Under the pieces are notes generated by a model that saw nothing but the letters and a program-made list of their open reading frames with translations, was not told where the DNA came from and did no database searches. From positions 36,704,001 through 36,768,000 of the forward strand of contig JBNRSN020000002.1 in assembly GCA_051313645.2 (NCBI GenBank): a stretch of DNA of 64,000 nucleotides, written 5' to 3'. The position numbers and the translations under genes are program-made. This DNA comes from Centroscyllium fabricii. Taxonomy: Eukaryota. Below, one piece after another: positions 47,567-60,125 of this stretch; the stretch's first letter is position 1, and the number at the start of each line of letters is the position of its first letter.

Positions 47567-48289
47567 CTGTTTCTCTCTCCACAGATGCTGCCTGGCCTGC
47601 TGAGTATTTCCAGCATGATGTTATTTCAGATTTCCAGCATTTTGCTTTGTAACAGTATAACATGCATCTAAAGAGCTCAAGGCCCTGTCACACCTTAACG
47701 TTTTAGCTTGCGTATGCAAATATGGCCAATACGCTGGTATACGTTGGACAAGTAATGGGTACGTTATGCATACGTTAAGAGCACGTTGCCATACGCTGAC
47801 CATAAGGCATATACGTCGTATAAGTGGTGATTTTTTGTGCATGCACAAAAAATCACGACGTATAAATGTATCTATTTATACGTTCATCATACGCAGAGCA
47901 TACGTTGTAGGCACGTTAGCCAGACGTTAGTCATACGTCAAAACACGTCGAGATAATGCCTTTTTTCAAAGAATTTATGTCTAACCTATGAGGAACGTGT
48001 TTTGAACTTATGTGTAACGTCTCTCCAACGTCTTTGACGTCTCCCGGACGTCCACAGAACTTACTGAACGTGTTTCTAACTTACAGCTCCTGAGGAACAT
48101 CTGAAAAAGCCTTTTTACCCCACTCACTCTCTCTCTCTCTCTCTCCATTATATTATTGTACCTTTTCCAAAGTGTATGATTTTATTATTGTAATTTATTG
48201 TTTATGATTTAAATATTAAAACAAGACAAACATCAAGAGTTTACTCAACTTTTATTAAATAACAACATAACAAGAACAAACATCAATAG

Positions 48290-48390
48290 TTTACTCAACT
48301 TTTATTAAATAACTTTTATTAAATAACTTTTATTAAATAACTTTTATTAAATAACTTTTATTAAATAACTTTTATTAAATAACTTAAATA
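48290..48390. repeat. 14-bp tandem repeat (ACTTTTATTAAATA)n
   Basis: About six copies in the 3' region of the MADF gene. Confidence 0.85.
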
Positions 48391-48547
48391 ACTTAAAACA
48401 TAACAGGAACAAACATCAACAGTTTACTCAACATTAAATAACTTTAATAACAATGGTCTGAAAAGGTACAGACAAAATGGTTAAAACAACTGAAACATCA
48501 AAACTATATACAAAATTGCACAAACATGTGAAGAACATTGTCACCGT

Positions 48548-49928
48548 TCATTCAGCACTCTCCTCTGATGGTGGAAGTGTGCTCAGCTCCCCACGCGGGC
48601 TGCTTGCAGCATTGGGACCACTTGAAAAGCTGAATGCAGAGAGATTGAACATCTCAGTATTGTCCAAGGTGCTTTGGCTCTTGCTGAGTACCTGGTCAGT
48701 CGACCCTACAGCAGCAGATGAAGAGGCGAGGATTGGCTGCTGCGTCATCAGAGGAGGAGGAGGAGGAGGAGGAAACTGGTACACATGATGAGGAGCAGGA
48801 GGCATAATGTTTAACTGTCCCATCACCTGCTGGTACGGCGGCTGTTGAATGTGCTGTCTATAGACTGACGCAGCTGGTGCCGTGTGTCTCCAGCTGTGGG
48901 TACCTTGCTGGAAGCTCGACGCCGTGGGGGTGTAGGTAGCTGGTGCTGAAGCAGATTGCACGGAGATGGGGGTCAGCAGCTCAGTGAACATGTTGGTGAT
49001 GCGCAACCTTGACTCCTGGAATACATCGTCTGGAATGCTGGCCAGGGTGTCACGCACGTAGTTAGCGAAGGCTAATTTGGGTGTGATGGCCTGAGGCTGC
49101 GCCAGATTTCTCAGGATCTCCCCAGTCTCCTGCACCCTTCTGCTGATGGACTGCAGCTGCTCATCCTCCTGGGCACGCTTCCCCCTGGGGACAGGGGAGG
49201 GTGTGCTGTCGTCGAGCACCACAATCTCTGCACAGGCAGCCTCGCCAGCCTCGAGGTCCCCGCTGTGTGCTGCTATGGTTTCCAATACCTGCAATTATGA
49301 CAAATGATTAGTAAAAAACAAAGCAAAAATACGAGGCAAAGTACAGTAAAACTAATATAAATAAATATTATTATGGACATTAATATGTGTTTATACTTAC
49401 ACTGTGGACGGGCTCAGGACGATGGCGGACCACAGTCGTGAGGAAGCCGAACTTAGCCTTCACCCACTGCTCCCTCTCTGTCAGTTCCTGGGCGCCATCA
49501 CCGCTTCTCTTCTTGTGGAGACGGGTGTGGGTGTCTCGCAGGGACTTAAACCACCCTTGAAGGTGCTCCACACTCTTCCCCATGTCCTTAGCCTGATCCG
49601 CCCAGAGCTTTCCCTTCTTGTCCACCCTCCGATAGTCCGTCTTTTTAATGTCCCAGAGGATGGCGTTCTCCGTCAGGAACTCAAGCATCTGCTGCTCCTC
49701 CTCAACACCAAGACAATATTGTGTCTTCTTGGCACGCTTCTTTGGCTGAGACGATGTGGAGGCGACGGACGCAGCCACAGACGATGCCCGAGAGACGTTG
49801 GAAGCAGCATCCTCTCCGTCAGAGGGTGGTGAGCGTGATGGCAAGGGTGTGGGTGCTGGATCCTCCATGCATCCGCGCCCACGGCCACGAAACTTCCTGG
49901 CAGCATTCCTGGAACCTCTCCTCGGCAT
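48548..49928 (-). CDS. Two-exon MADF (Myb/SANT-like) DNA-binding protein, ~422 aa; exons 49928-49401 and 49288-48548
   Basis: LWD..DY....K...W...A...WFKSLRD MADF pattern; phase-0 GTAAGT...GCAG intron of 112 nt joins the two ORFs in frame; BESS-like FANYV..L..I motif. Confidence 0.8.
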
Positions 49929-51891
49929 TGTCAATCAAAAGCAGCCAGCACTTCAGCAGAATTTCAGGTAGAACTGGAAGCATTGTGTGGAGCTGCTGCT
50001 TTTAAAGTCTAGTGGTATGTAGTGGTATGATTTGAATCGTCCAATGACAGCCTTTGATTAGGCTACCCCACCTGATCTTGGTAGACACGCTGGCGCCGGC
50101 TGTGCATACGTTATGCATACGTCCAGTACGTTGCGTCTACGTTACGTATACGTTCTGTATACGTTCAATACGCTGGTCATACGCTGTTATTATTTCACAG
50201 AAAAGAGCTCGGAAACGTCAATGTACGCTACGTATACGCTACGTGTACGTTATTTATACGTCAAATACGCTATGAATACGCTTCCAAACCACAAACACTG
50301 AACAAAGTGTCAAAAGTTCAGCGTTTTAGCCTCATTTGCATAGGCTGGCTAAAACGTCAAGGTGTGACAGGGCCTTCAGTATCAAACTGCACAATAAAGT
50401 TATATTCCTAAACATGAGTACTATCACCAAATCTCACTTCATGTATATGTGGTGGCAATCTGCCTCACACTAAGGCTTCCACTGTTCTACTGACTCTTAA
50501 CCCTTCTTACCAACTTCAGCCCCCAACACCGAACTACTGTCAGTTTAACGTAACTTTTTATATTATAACATAAAAACTGAGCAGGAGTAGGCCACATGGA
50601 CCCTTGAGCTTGCATCACCATTGAAAAGCACGGCTGATCTTCTACCTCAACTCCACTCTCCCGCCCTATCTCCATAATCCTTGGTTCCCTTAGATCCCCA
50701 AATCTCTCGATCTTAGTCTTAAATATACTCAACGATGGAAGATCCACAGCCCGCTAGGATAGAGAATTCCAAAGATTGCAAAGGCACACCCAGCCCAGCC
50801 GACCCTGAAACATCGTCCTCACTAACATCTGCCGATTAGTACCAATTTGGAAGAGCTGTCCAACAGAAGAGTCAAGCATCAGCCATACATAGTCATACTC
50901 ACAGAATCATACCTTTCAGCCACGACCCAGACTCCTCCATCACCATCCCTGGCTAGGTCCTGTCCAACCAGCAGGACAGACCCACCAGAGCTGACGGCAC
51001 AATGGTATACAGTTGGGAGGGAGTGGTCCTGGTCTTCAGCATTGACTGGGCAAGCAAACCTCCTACTGATGACTACCTACCACCTTCCCTCAGCTGATGA
51101 ATCAGTACTCCTCCATCTTTAACACCACTTGGAAGAAGCACAGGGGGGCAGCAAGGGCACAGTGTACTCTGGGTGGAGGGCTTCAATGTCCATCTCCAAG
51201 AGTGGCTCGGTAGCACCTGACTGACCCTTGAAGGTCATAGCTGCCAAACTGGGCTTGCGGCAGATGCCAAGAGAACCAACACAAGGGGGAAACCTACTTG
51301 ACCCTGCCCTCACTAAACTACCTGTCGCAGATGTATCTGTCCATGACAGTATTGGTAGGAGTGACCACCACACAGTCATTGTGGAGACTAAGTCCCATCT
51401 TCATCGTATTGTGCGCCACTACCACCGTGCTAAATGGGACAGTTTAAGAAGAGATCTAGCAGCTTAAAAGTGGGCATCCATGAGGTGTTGTGGGCCATCA
51501 GCTGCAGAAGAATTGTATTCCACCACAATCTGTAACCTCATGGGCATACTCTCGAGGTCCCCACCATCACAGAAGCCAGTCTTCAGCTAATTTGATTCAC
51601 TCCACGTAATATCAAGAAACGGCTGAAAGCACTCGATAAAGCAAAGGCCCAGACAACATCCGGGCTGTTGTGCAAAATCTGTGTGCTCCAGAACTCTTTT
51701 ATTTAAAACCAAATAGAAAAACACCATTATTTACAATATTTACAAAACAAAATAAAACCCCACATTACCGCGCTTGAGCCGCGGCAAACTCCCAAGCCCC
51801 AATGTCCACAAGGTAGGGGTCAAAGTTTCAAGCCCTCCTGCCTTCGAGGCAGGGGTCAAAGTCACAAGTCCATATGCCCACAAGGCAGGGG

Positions 51892-54800
51892 TGTGATAAA
51901 CATGTATATCACTGTATATAGCTAATCACCATGTAACCCATACCTGTAATGCATTCCACTGTGATACATGGAACATACCTGGCTCCGCCCACGACTCCTC
52001 CCCCACTGGAGGAGGTATATAAGTGACTGCCCCCATCCCCCATGTCATTCTAGGGGACAGTCAGCTTGCTGGTGTGCAATCTTACTGTAGTCAATAAAAG
52101 CCTGATTGTTCTAATCTACTACACGACTCCGTGGACGTTATTGAAGGTTACAATTTTATTGACTACTGAAAATGGATACCACAATGCTTAAACCAGCAGT
52201 GTTCGAAGTTGATCCCCGATCTTCAGGAGCAGCAAACGCCTTCTCGCACTGGCGAAACGTGCTCGAAGGGTACATCAGAGCCAACGCGGCGGTCATAGTG
52301 ACCGAGGAGCAAAAACGGCGACTCTTCAACGCCCGGGTGGGCCCTCAAGTGTACTCGATGACAGTGGACGCCCCATCGTTCCAAGAGGCCATCAGGCTCC
52401 TCGAGGCGGAATATAAGCGGGCACCGAACATAGTCCACGCGAGACATATACTTGCTACCAGAAAGCAACAAAATAATGAATCGAGTGTGCAGTTCCTAAG
52501 AGCCCTCAGAACGCTGGCACGGGACTGTGACTGCAGAGCGCAAACGGCTCAAGTTCATATGGAGAGCCTCATCAGGGATGCCTATGTAACTGGTCTAAAA
52601 TCGGACTATGCCAGGCAGAGACTGCTGGAGCAGAACGGCCAGGACTTACAGGCGACCACAGACTTGGGGCACGCGCTGGATAGCGCTTCAACGGACTTAT
52701 CATCATATTCAAGTAATTATACGGGCCCAGCCCCGCAAACTTGGACAGCGCTGGCGCAACGACCGGCAGAAGAACTACTCACAGCTGCCCACGCTAAAGC
52801 TAAATGTTACTTTTGTGGACAACCTCAACACTCAGCTGCCCAGCTAGAGAAGCAACCTGCTCAAAATGCGACAAAAAGGGACATTATTCAAAGGTCTGTA
52901 AAAACACTAGCTTTAAATCTAAACTGGGCAGCGCCGCGTGTGGAACAGGGGAGCAGCCATACTGGGCTCACCCATCCCCCACTCAGCAGCCCTCGTGGCA
53001 GCCGCAGCAACAGCGGCCATCTTGGACTCAGCCTCCACAGCCCAACACATGGCGGCAGCCATCTTGGGGAGCAGACTTGGAGGACTACTCTCCGGATCAA
53101 CATAACTCGGAGGACCCTGTGCTAGCATCTATGAGCCTAGACCAGAGGAAGATTCAACCACTGGAGAAATCGATGATGCCGGTGGAAGTCAACGGTGAAG
53201 AGGTGGTGTGCCTGTTCGACAGTGGGAGCACAGTAAGTTTTGTTCACCCAAATACCGTAAAGCTCCTCTCCCTTAAAGTAATCCCTGCGCGCCAGAGAAT
53301 ATCTATGGCGTCCAAGTCAGAATCCGCTGACGTCACCGGGCGCTGTATTGTAACGCTTAAAGTATAGGGCGCAATGTTTAATGATTTTAGTTTTTACGTG
53401 CTGCCGCAGCTCATCGCCCCCCTACTCCTGGGACTGGACTTCCAGTGCCACCTTCAGAGCGTTACTATGGCATTCGGCGGACCCCTTCCCTCACTCACGG
53501 TCAGAAACCGCAGCTCAAGGCGGTACCCCCAGTACACTACCTGTGGCCTCTCGACCCTTAAGGTTGCCCCTCCATCTCTCTTTGCCAACCTCACCCCAGA
53601 CTGTAAGCCCGTCGCCACCAAAAGTAGGCGCTACAGTGCTGGGGACATGGTATTTATAAAATCTGAGGTGCAGCGCCTCCTAAAAGAGGGGGTCATAGAG
53701 GCCAGTAACAGCCCCTGGAGAGCACAGGTAGTGGTAGTAAAAACCGGAGAGAAGAATAGGATGGTGGTGGATTACAGCCAGACCATAAACCGGTTCACCC
53801 AACTAGATGCCTACCCCATCCCCCGGATAGCGGACATGGTGAACCAAATCGCCCAATTTAAAGTGTACTCCACCATTGATTTAAAATCGGCTTATCACCA
53901 GCTTCCCATCCGCCCAGAGGACCGTCCTTATACAGCCTTTGAGGCTGACGGCCGCCTCTACCACTTCCTTAGGGTTCCGTTTGGCGTCACGAACGGGGTC
54001 TCGGTCTTCCAGAGGGAGATGGACCGAATAGTTGATCGGTACGGGCTGCGAGCGACATTCCCGTACCTTGATAATGTGACCATCTGCGGCCATGATCAGC
54101 AGGACCATAACGCCAATCTCCAAAAATTTCTCCACACGGCCAAAACCCTGAACCTAACATATAATAAGGAGAAATGTGTGTTTAGCACCACCCGCCTGGC
54201 CATCCTCGGCAGCGTGGTGGAGAATGGAGTCATCGGTCCAGACCCGGACCGCATGCGCCCCCTCATGGAGCTTCCCCTCCCCCACTCCCCCAAAGCCCTT
54301 AAACGGTGTTTGGGATTTTTTGCTTATTATGCCCAGTGGGTCCCCAATTATGCGGACAAAGCTCGCCCACTACTTAAATCGACCTCTTTCCCACTTTCTG
54401 CAGAAGCCAACTCGGCATTCTGCAGAATTAAAAACGACATTGCCAAAGCCACGATGCACGCTGTGGATGAGTCCGTCCCATTTCAGGTAGAGAGCGATGC
54501 ATCGGACTTTGCCCTGGCCGCCACCCTTAACCAGGCGGGCAGACCCGTGGCCTTCTTTTCACGTACTCTCCAAGGCCCCGAAACCCGCCATTCCTCAGTC
54601 GAAAAGGAGGCCCAGGCCATTGTTGAAGCAGTGCGGCACTGGAAGCACTACCTGGCCGGCAAACGTTTTACCCTGTTGACTGACCAACGATCAGTCGCAT
54701 TCATGTTCAACAACAAGGAACGGGGTAAAATAAAGAACGACAAGATATTAAGGTGGAGAATTGAACTATCTGCGTTCAATTATGATATCTTGTACCGGCC

Positions 54801-56470
54801 CAGGATATTTAACGAACCCCCAGATGCCCTATCACGCGGTACCTGTGCCAGCGCACAGGCTGACCGTCTCCAAACTCTCCACAATGACCTCTGCCACCCG
54901 GGGGTCACCAGGTTGGTTCACTTTGTGAAGTCCCGCAACCTCCTCTACTCCATCGAGGAGGTCAAGCCATGACCAGCAACTGCCAGGTCTGTGCGGAGTG
55001 CAAGCCGCACTTCTACCGGCCAGACCGGGCGCACTTGATCAAGGCCACTCGCCCCTTTGAACGACTCAGTGTCGATTTTAAAGGGCCCCTTCCCTCATCT
55101 AATAGGAATGTGTACTTCCTTAACGTTATAGATGAGTACTCCCGCTTCCCCTTTGCTATTCCCTGCCAGGACATGACCTCCGCCACCGTCATCAAAGCCC
55201 TTAATAGCATCTTCTCCCTGTTCGGGTACCCCAACTATATCCATAGTGACCGGGGGGCCTCTTTTATGAGCGACGAGCTGCGTCAGTTTCTGCTAGCGAA
55301 AGGCATCGCGACTAGCAGGACTACCAGCTACATCCCCCGGGGGAACGGGCAGGTAGAGAGAGAGAGAACGCCACGGTCTGGAAAGCCATCCAGTTAGCCC
55401 TACGGTGTAAAGACCTCCCAGTCACCCGATGGCAGGACGAACTCCCTGAAGCACTCCACTCTATCCGGTCCCTCCTGTGTACTGCCACCAATGCCACCCC
55501 TCACGAACGACTTTTTGCCTTCCCTAAGAAGTCGGCTTCCGGGACCTCGCTACCATCGTGGCTTCTCTCTCCGGGACCGGTCCTCCTTCGGAAGCATGTG
55601 AGGGGACACAAGGCAGATCCCCTAGTCGAACGGGTCCACCTCCTGCACGCCAATCCCCAGTACGCTTACATAGCGTACCCCGATGGGAGGGAGGACACCG
55701 TGTCCATAAAGGACCTAGCCCCAGCAGGAGTCCCAAAACCCAGCCCCGCCAGGCAGCCCGAGCTCCCGAGAAGCCCCATGCCGCCGAAGCCGAAGTACCC
55801 GCCCCAACACATGGGCCCAGTACCCCAGTATGTTCACAAGGCACCTGCGAGCAGCACGACCGCGCCCCAAGCTTGGATCCACAGCGCGTGCCCCCTAGAG
55901 TCAGAGGACGAAGGAGAGAACGCGCCCCCTGCTGTCAGAATAAGGGCACCACCGCCACACAGAAATAATTCAACAACCACCACTAGTCGACCGGCATCAA
56001 TGGAGCAACCGACACAACCAGCCGCTCCACGACCACGAACACCACAGGCACCACCAGCGGTGCGAAGATCAACGCGGACAACGAAACCGCCTGATAGATT
56101 AAACTTGTAATCATAAGAACTGCGTTTGTAATATATTTTTTTTCCCGATCACCTTTGTAATTGTTAGTTTTTCACCCCGCTGTATTTTCGTTCTTAAAGA
56201 AGGGGTGAATGTGATAAACATGTATATCACTGTATATAGCTAATCCCCATGTAACCCATACCTGTAATGCATTCCACTGTGATACCTGGAACATACCTGG
56301 CTCCGCCCACGACTCCTCCCCCGCTGGAGGAGGTATATAAGTGACTGCCCCCATCCCCCATGTCATTCTAGGGGACAGTCAGCTTGCTGGTGTGCAATCT
56401 TACTGTAGTCAATAAAAGCCTGATTGTTCTAATCTACTACACGTCTCCGTGGACGTTATTGAAGGTTACA
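51892..56470 (+). mobile_element. Full-length Ty3/Gypsy, sister of 23092-27668, ORF disrupted
   Basis: 261-bp LTRs (51892-52152, 56210-56470) with ~4 differences; TSD AGGGG; PPT AAAGAAGGGGTGAA. Confidence 0.97.
52172..56110 (+). pseudogene. Gag-Pol pseudogene
   Basis: Collinear with the 1321-aa ORF; frameshifts near 52830, 54968 and 55360, stop at 53365-53367. Confidence 0.9.
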
Positions 56471-57512
56471 AGGGGTAAATGTCACAAGCCCTCATGCCCA
56501 CAAGGCAGGGGTCACGACTACAAGTCCTCATGGCCGCAGGCAGGGGTCCAAATTTGACAAGCTTTCTGCTCCAGAACCAGCCGCGCCTCTAGCCAAGCTG
56601 TTCCAGTACAGCTACAACACTGGCATCTACCCGACAAAGTGGAAAATTGCCCAGTTATGTCCTGTCTACAAAAAGCATGGCAAATACAACCCGGCCAATT
56701 ACCATATCATCAGTCTACACTCAATCAGCAAAGTGATGGAAGGCATCGTTAACAGTGCTATCAAGCAGCACTTACTCACCAATAGCCTACTTACCGATGC
56801 TCAGTTTGGGTTCCATCAGGACCACATGACTGCAGACCTCATCACAGCCTTGTTCCAAACATGGAATAAAGAGCTGAATTCCAGAGGGGAGGTGTGAATG
56901 ACTGCCCTCGACATCAAGGCAGCAATTGACCAAGTGCGGCATCAAGCAGGCCTAGTAAGATTGAAGTCAATAGCAATCAGGGGGAAAACTACTCACTAGC
57001 TTAATTCATACCAAGCACAAAGGAAGATGGTTGTGGTTGTTGGAGGCCAATCATCTCAGCCTCAAGGCATCACTGCAAGAGTACCTCAGGGCAGTGTCCT
57101 AGGCCCAAACATCTTCAGCTGCTTCATCAATGACCTTCCCTCCATCACAAGGTTAGAAGTGTGGATGCTCGCTAATGATTGCAATGTTCAGTTCCATTCG
57201 CAAATCCTCAGATAATAAAGCAGTCCGTGCCCACATGTAGTAAGACCTGGACAACGTTTAGGATTAGGCTGATAAGTGGCAAGTAAAAGTTGTGCCACAC
57301 AAGTGCTGGGCAATGACTAGCTACAACAAGAGTCTCTAACCCTCACCCCCTTGACACTCAATGGCATTACCATCATCGAATTGCTCATCAACATCCTGGG
57401 GGAGCAGGGGGGGGTGTCACCATTAACCAGAAACTCAATTGGACCAGCCACAAAAAAAAAAACTGCTGCTGCAAAAGTAGGTCAGAAGCTGGGTATTCTG
57501 CTGCGAGTGACT

Positions 57513-58655
57513 TTTTTTTATCCATTGATGGGATGTGGGCATCACTGGCTGGCTAGGCCTGCATTTAGTGCCCATCCCTAATTGCCCTCGAGAAGATGGT
57601 GGTGAGCCGTCTTCTTGAACCGCTGCAGTCCATATGGTGTAGGTACACCCACAATGTTGATAGGAAGGGAGTTCCAGGATTTTGGCCCAGCGACAGTGAA
57701 GGAGCGGCGATACAGGTCCAAGTCAGGATGGTGTGTGGCTTGGAGGGGAACTTGTAGGTGGTGCTGTTCCCATGCGTCTGCTGCCCTTGTCCTTCTAAGT
57801 GGTAGAGGTCGCGGGTTTGGAAGGTGCTGTTGAAGGAGCTTTGGCGAGTTGCTGCAGTGCATCTTGTAGATGGTACACACTGCAGCCACAGTGCGCCGGT
57901 GGTGGAGGGAGTGAATGTTGAAGGTGGTGGATGGAGTGCCAATCAAGCGGCCTGCTTTATCCTGAATGGTGTTGAGCTTCTTGAGTGTTGTTGGAGCTGC
58001 ACTCATCCAGGCAAATGGAGAGTATTCCATCACACTCCTGAGTTGTGCCTTGTAGATGGTGGAAAGGCTTTGGGGAGTCAGGAGGTGAGACACTCGCCAC
58101 AAAATTCCCAGCCTCTGGCCTGCTCTTGTAGCCATAGTATTTATATGGCTGGTCCAGTTCAGTTTCCGATCAATGGTAAGCCCCAGGATGTTGATAGCAG
58201 GAGATTCAGCGATGATAATACCATTGAATGTCAAGGGGAGATGGTTAGAGTCTCGCTTGTTGGAGATGGTCATTGCCTGGCACTTGTGTGGTGCGAATGT
58301 TACTTGCCACTTGTCAGCCCAAGTCTGAATGTTGTCCAGGTCTTGCTGCATATGGACATGGACTGCGTCAGTATCTGACGAGTCTGGAATGGTGCTGAAC
58401 AGTGTGCAATCATCAGCGAACATCCCCACTTCTGACCTCATGATGGAGGGAAGGTCATTGATGAAACAGCTGAAGATGGTTGGGCCTCGGACACTGCCCT
58501 GAGGAACTTCTGCAGTGATATACTGTGGTTAAGATGAATGACCTCCAACAACCACAGCCAACTTCCCTTGTGCTAGGTATGATTCCAACCAATGGAGATT
58601 TTTCCCCTTGATTCCCACTGACTTCAGCTTTGCCAGGGCTCCTTGATGCCACACT
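57513..58655 (-). mobile_element. 3' fragment of L2/Crack-like LINE
   Basis: ORF 57578-58441 FADD, KCQAMTIS, LNWTSHI; tail shared with SINE 7075-7452. Confidence 0.85.
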
Positions 58656-59359
58656 TACCTCCTGACTTCACAGGTGCCCAGGCTGAGTAGAGTTCCAGTC
58701 TCAGGCCTCTAGGCGCAAGGCAGCATAAAAGCCCACGGATCCCAGGGACGCAGGCGGTTCGGAAGGGTCCTTAGGATCACGTGGGCCCGGTCCTCCAATC
58801 AATAAGGAGGATTCCATGGCAATCATTTACTAAGGGAATCCCCTAATGATATGCATTGGAATCCCCAAATAATTACACAATTTATGTAATTCTAATAAAT
58901 ATAAATGTCCTCAATTTCAATTTTATTTGCAAGTCCCTTCATTGTACCATGCTCAATAAAATGTAAATTTTGATAAATAATTTTAAACATCTTAATCCGG
59001 GCCAATATTTGCATAAACAAATTTAAAGTGTATGCATCATTTTTGCTTTTTAACTGTTTAACTTAAAGCTTATATAAACCTTACGCTGAAGAAAGCAGTC
59101 CATAAGCCTGCTTTTACCAGGCGTAAGAGTTTTGTGGGCAATTGCTAGACAAATAGCCCAACTCTACGCCAGCAATATTGATTTTCCATGTGGTTCGGTG
59201 ATCTGTCAAGGCAGATCGCAAGTTCCGTTTTTCACACGAGAAAATACGGAAATTGTGGGGCCTTTCAAATTGATTACATTGGTATACTCAGAGTATTCGG
59301 TTAGGGAGACCGCAATTTCAGGGCCAGTATTTTTTAAAAATTCATAACAGGCTATGTTA

Positions 59360-60125
59360 GCTTAGTTCACAAATTGACACCCATGGGAGTAGAAGGGCAG
59401 TGGCAGCATGGATACAAAATTGGCTAAGGGACAGAAAGCAGAGAGTAGTGGTGAACGGTTGTTTGTCAGACTGGAGGGAGGTTGAAGTTCGTTAATCCGG
59501 CTCCCGAAAAACCGGCAACTTCGAACATCCGGCAATAATTTACCCGACTGCCCTGCGCATGCGCAAAATGGCCACCGCGATCGATGCTTCGGCGAATGAT
59601 CTGCGCATGCGCTCGCCGGCGCAGATCATTGACAATGGCCGAGCCGATCCCGAGCCGAGACTGGCCGCTACGAGCTTTCCCGAGCTTGGCCGCTGCGAGC
59701 TTTCCCCGAGCCTGGCCGCTGCGAGCTTCCCGGAGCCTGGCCGCTGCGAGCCTCCCCGAGCCGGGTCTCCCCGAACAATCAGCGCATGCGCAGACCACTC
59801 AAAATGACCGCCGGACTCTCGCGGCGGCCATTTTGAATGGTCTGCGCATGCGCTCGTCGAAACTTCAATCATTCGGGATTTTCACTGGTCCGGTACGGGC
59901 CTGGTCCCGCCCGTGCCGGATTAACGAACTTCAACCTGTATACAGTGGTGTCCCCCATTAGGACCACTGTTCTTTTGATATATATTAATGACCTGGACAG
60001 CTATAAAGGGCATCATTTCAAAGTTTGCAGATGACACGAAACTCAAATGTTGCAAATAGTGAGGATAGTGGCAGACTTCAGGGGGACACAGAAAGACTGG
60101 TTAAATGCGAACACACATGGCAGAA
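59360..60125 (+). mobile_element. Old CR1 RT fragment split by a MITE
   Basis: WIQNWLRDRKQRVVVNG...SGVP...YINDL...KFADD. Confidence 0.75.
59479..59938 (+). mobile_element. MITE subfamily with internal ~24-bp tandem repeat
   Basis: TIR AGGTTGAAGTTCGTTAATCCGG...CCGGATTAACGAACTTCAACCTG; CCCGAGCCTGGCCGCTGCGAGCTT about x4. Confidence 0.8.

Larger units (their letters stand above)
42394..47651 (-). mobile_element. Decayed Penelope-like element with inverted pseudo-LTRs, interrupted by a solo LTR and a Gypsy
   Basis: RT remnants (FYLLPKIHK, LDVQSL, YKPTDSHSYLDYTS), GIY-YIG C-terminus (FAEHL..VACHFN..IFRLGTLQP); pLTR 42394-42730 inverted at 44716-44890 plus 47511-47651; candidate TSD ACA(A/G)TATAACA. 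Confidence 0.85.
47680..50375 (-). mobile_element. PIF/Harbinger element lacking transposase
   Basis: TIR AGGCCCTGTCACACCTT(A/G)ACGTTTTAGC at both ends, 3-bp TSD TCA, many subterminal ATACG/ACGT motifs. Confidence 0.9.
51695..56566 (-). mobile_element. ~290-bp retroposed fragment with ~36-bp tandem repeats, split by a Gypsy
   Basis: TSD TGCTCCAGAAC (51684-51694, 56567-56577); unit ~AGGGGTCAAAGTCACAAGCCCTCATGCCCACAAGGC; AATAAA at the minus-strand 3' end. Confidence 0.6.
50800..57510 (+). mobile_element. Decayed L2/Crack-like LINE hosting nested insertions
   Basis: ILTESYL, LLDPALT..SDHHTV, PQGSVLGPNIFSCFINDL; continuous across 51694/56567. Confidence 0.75.

Noticed and set aside
51790-56560. 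CRISPR-like array of ~36-bp units
   Set aside because: Head-to-tail repeats without unique spacers, no cas genes, eukaryotic context
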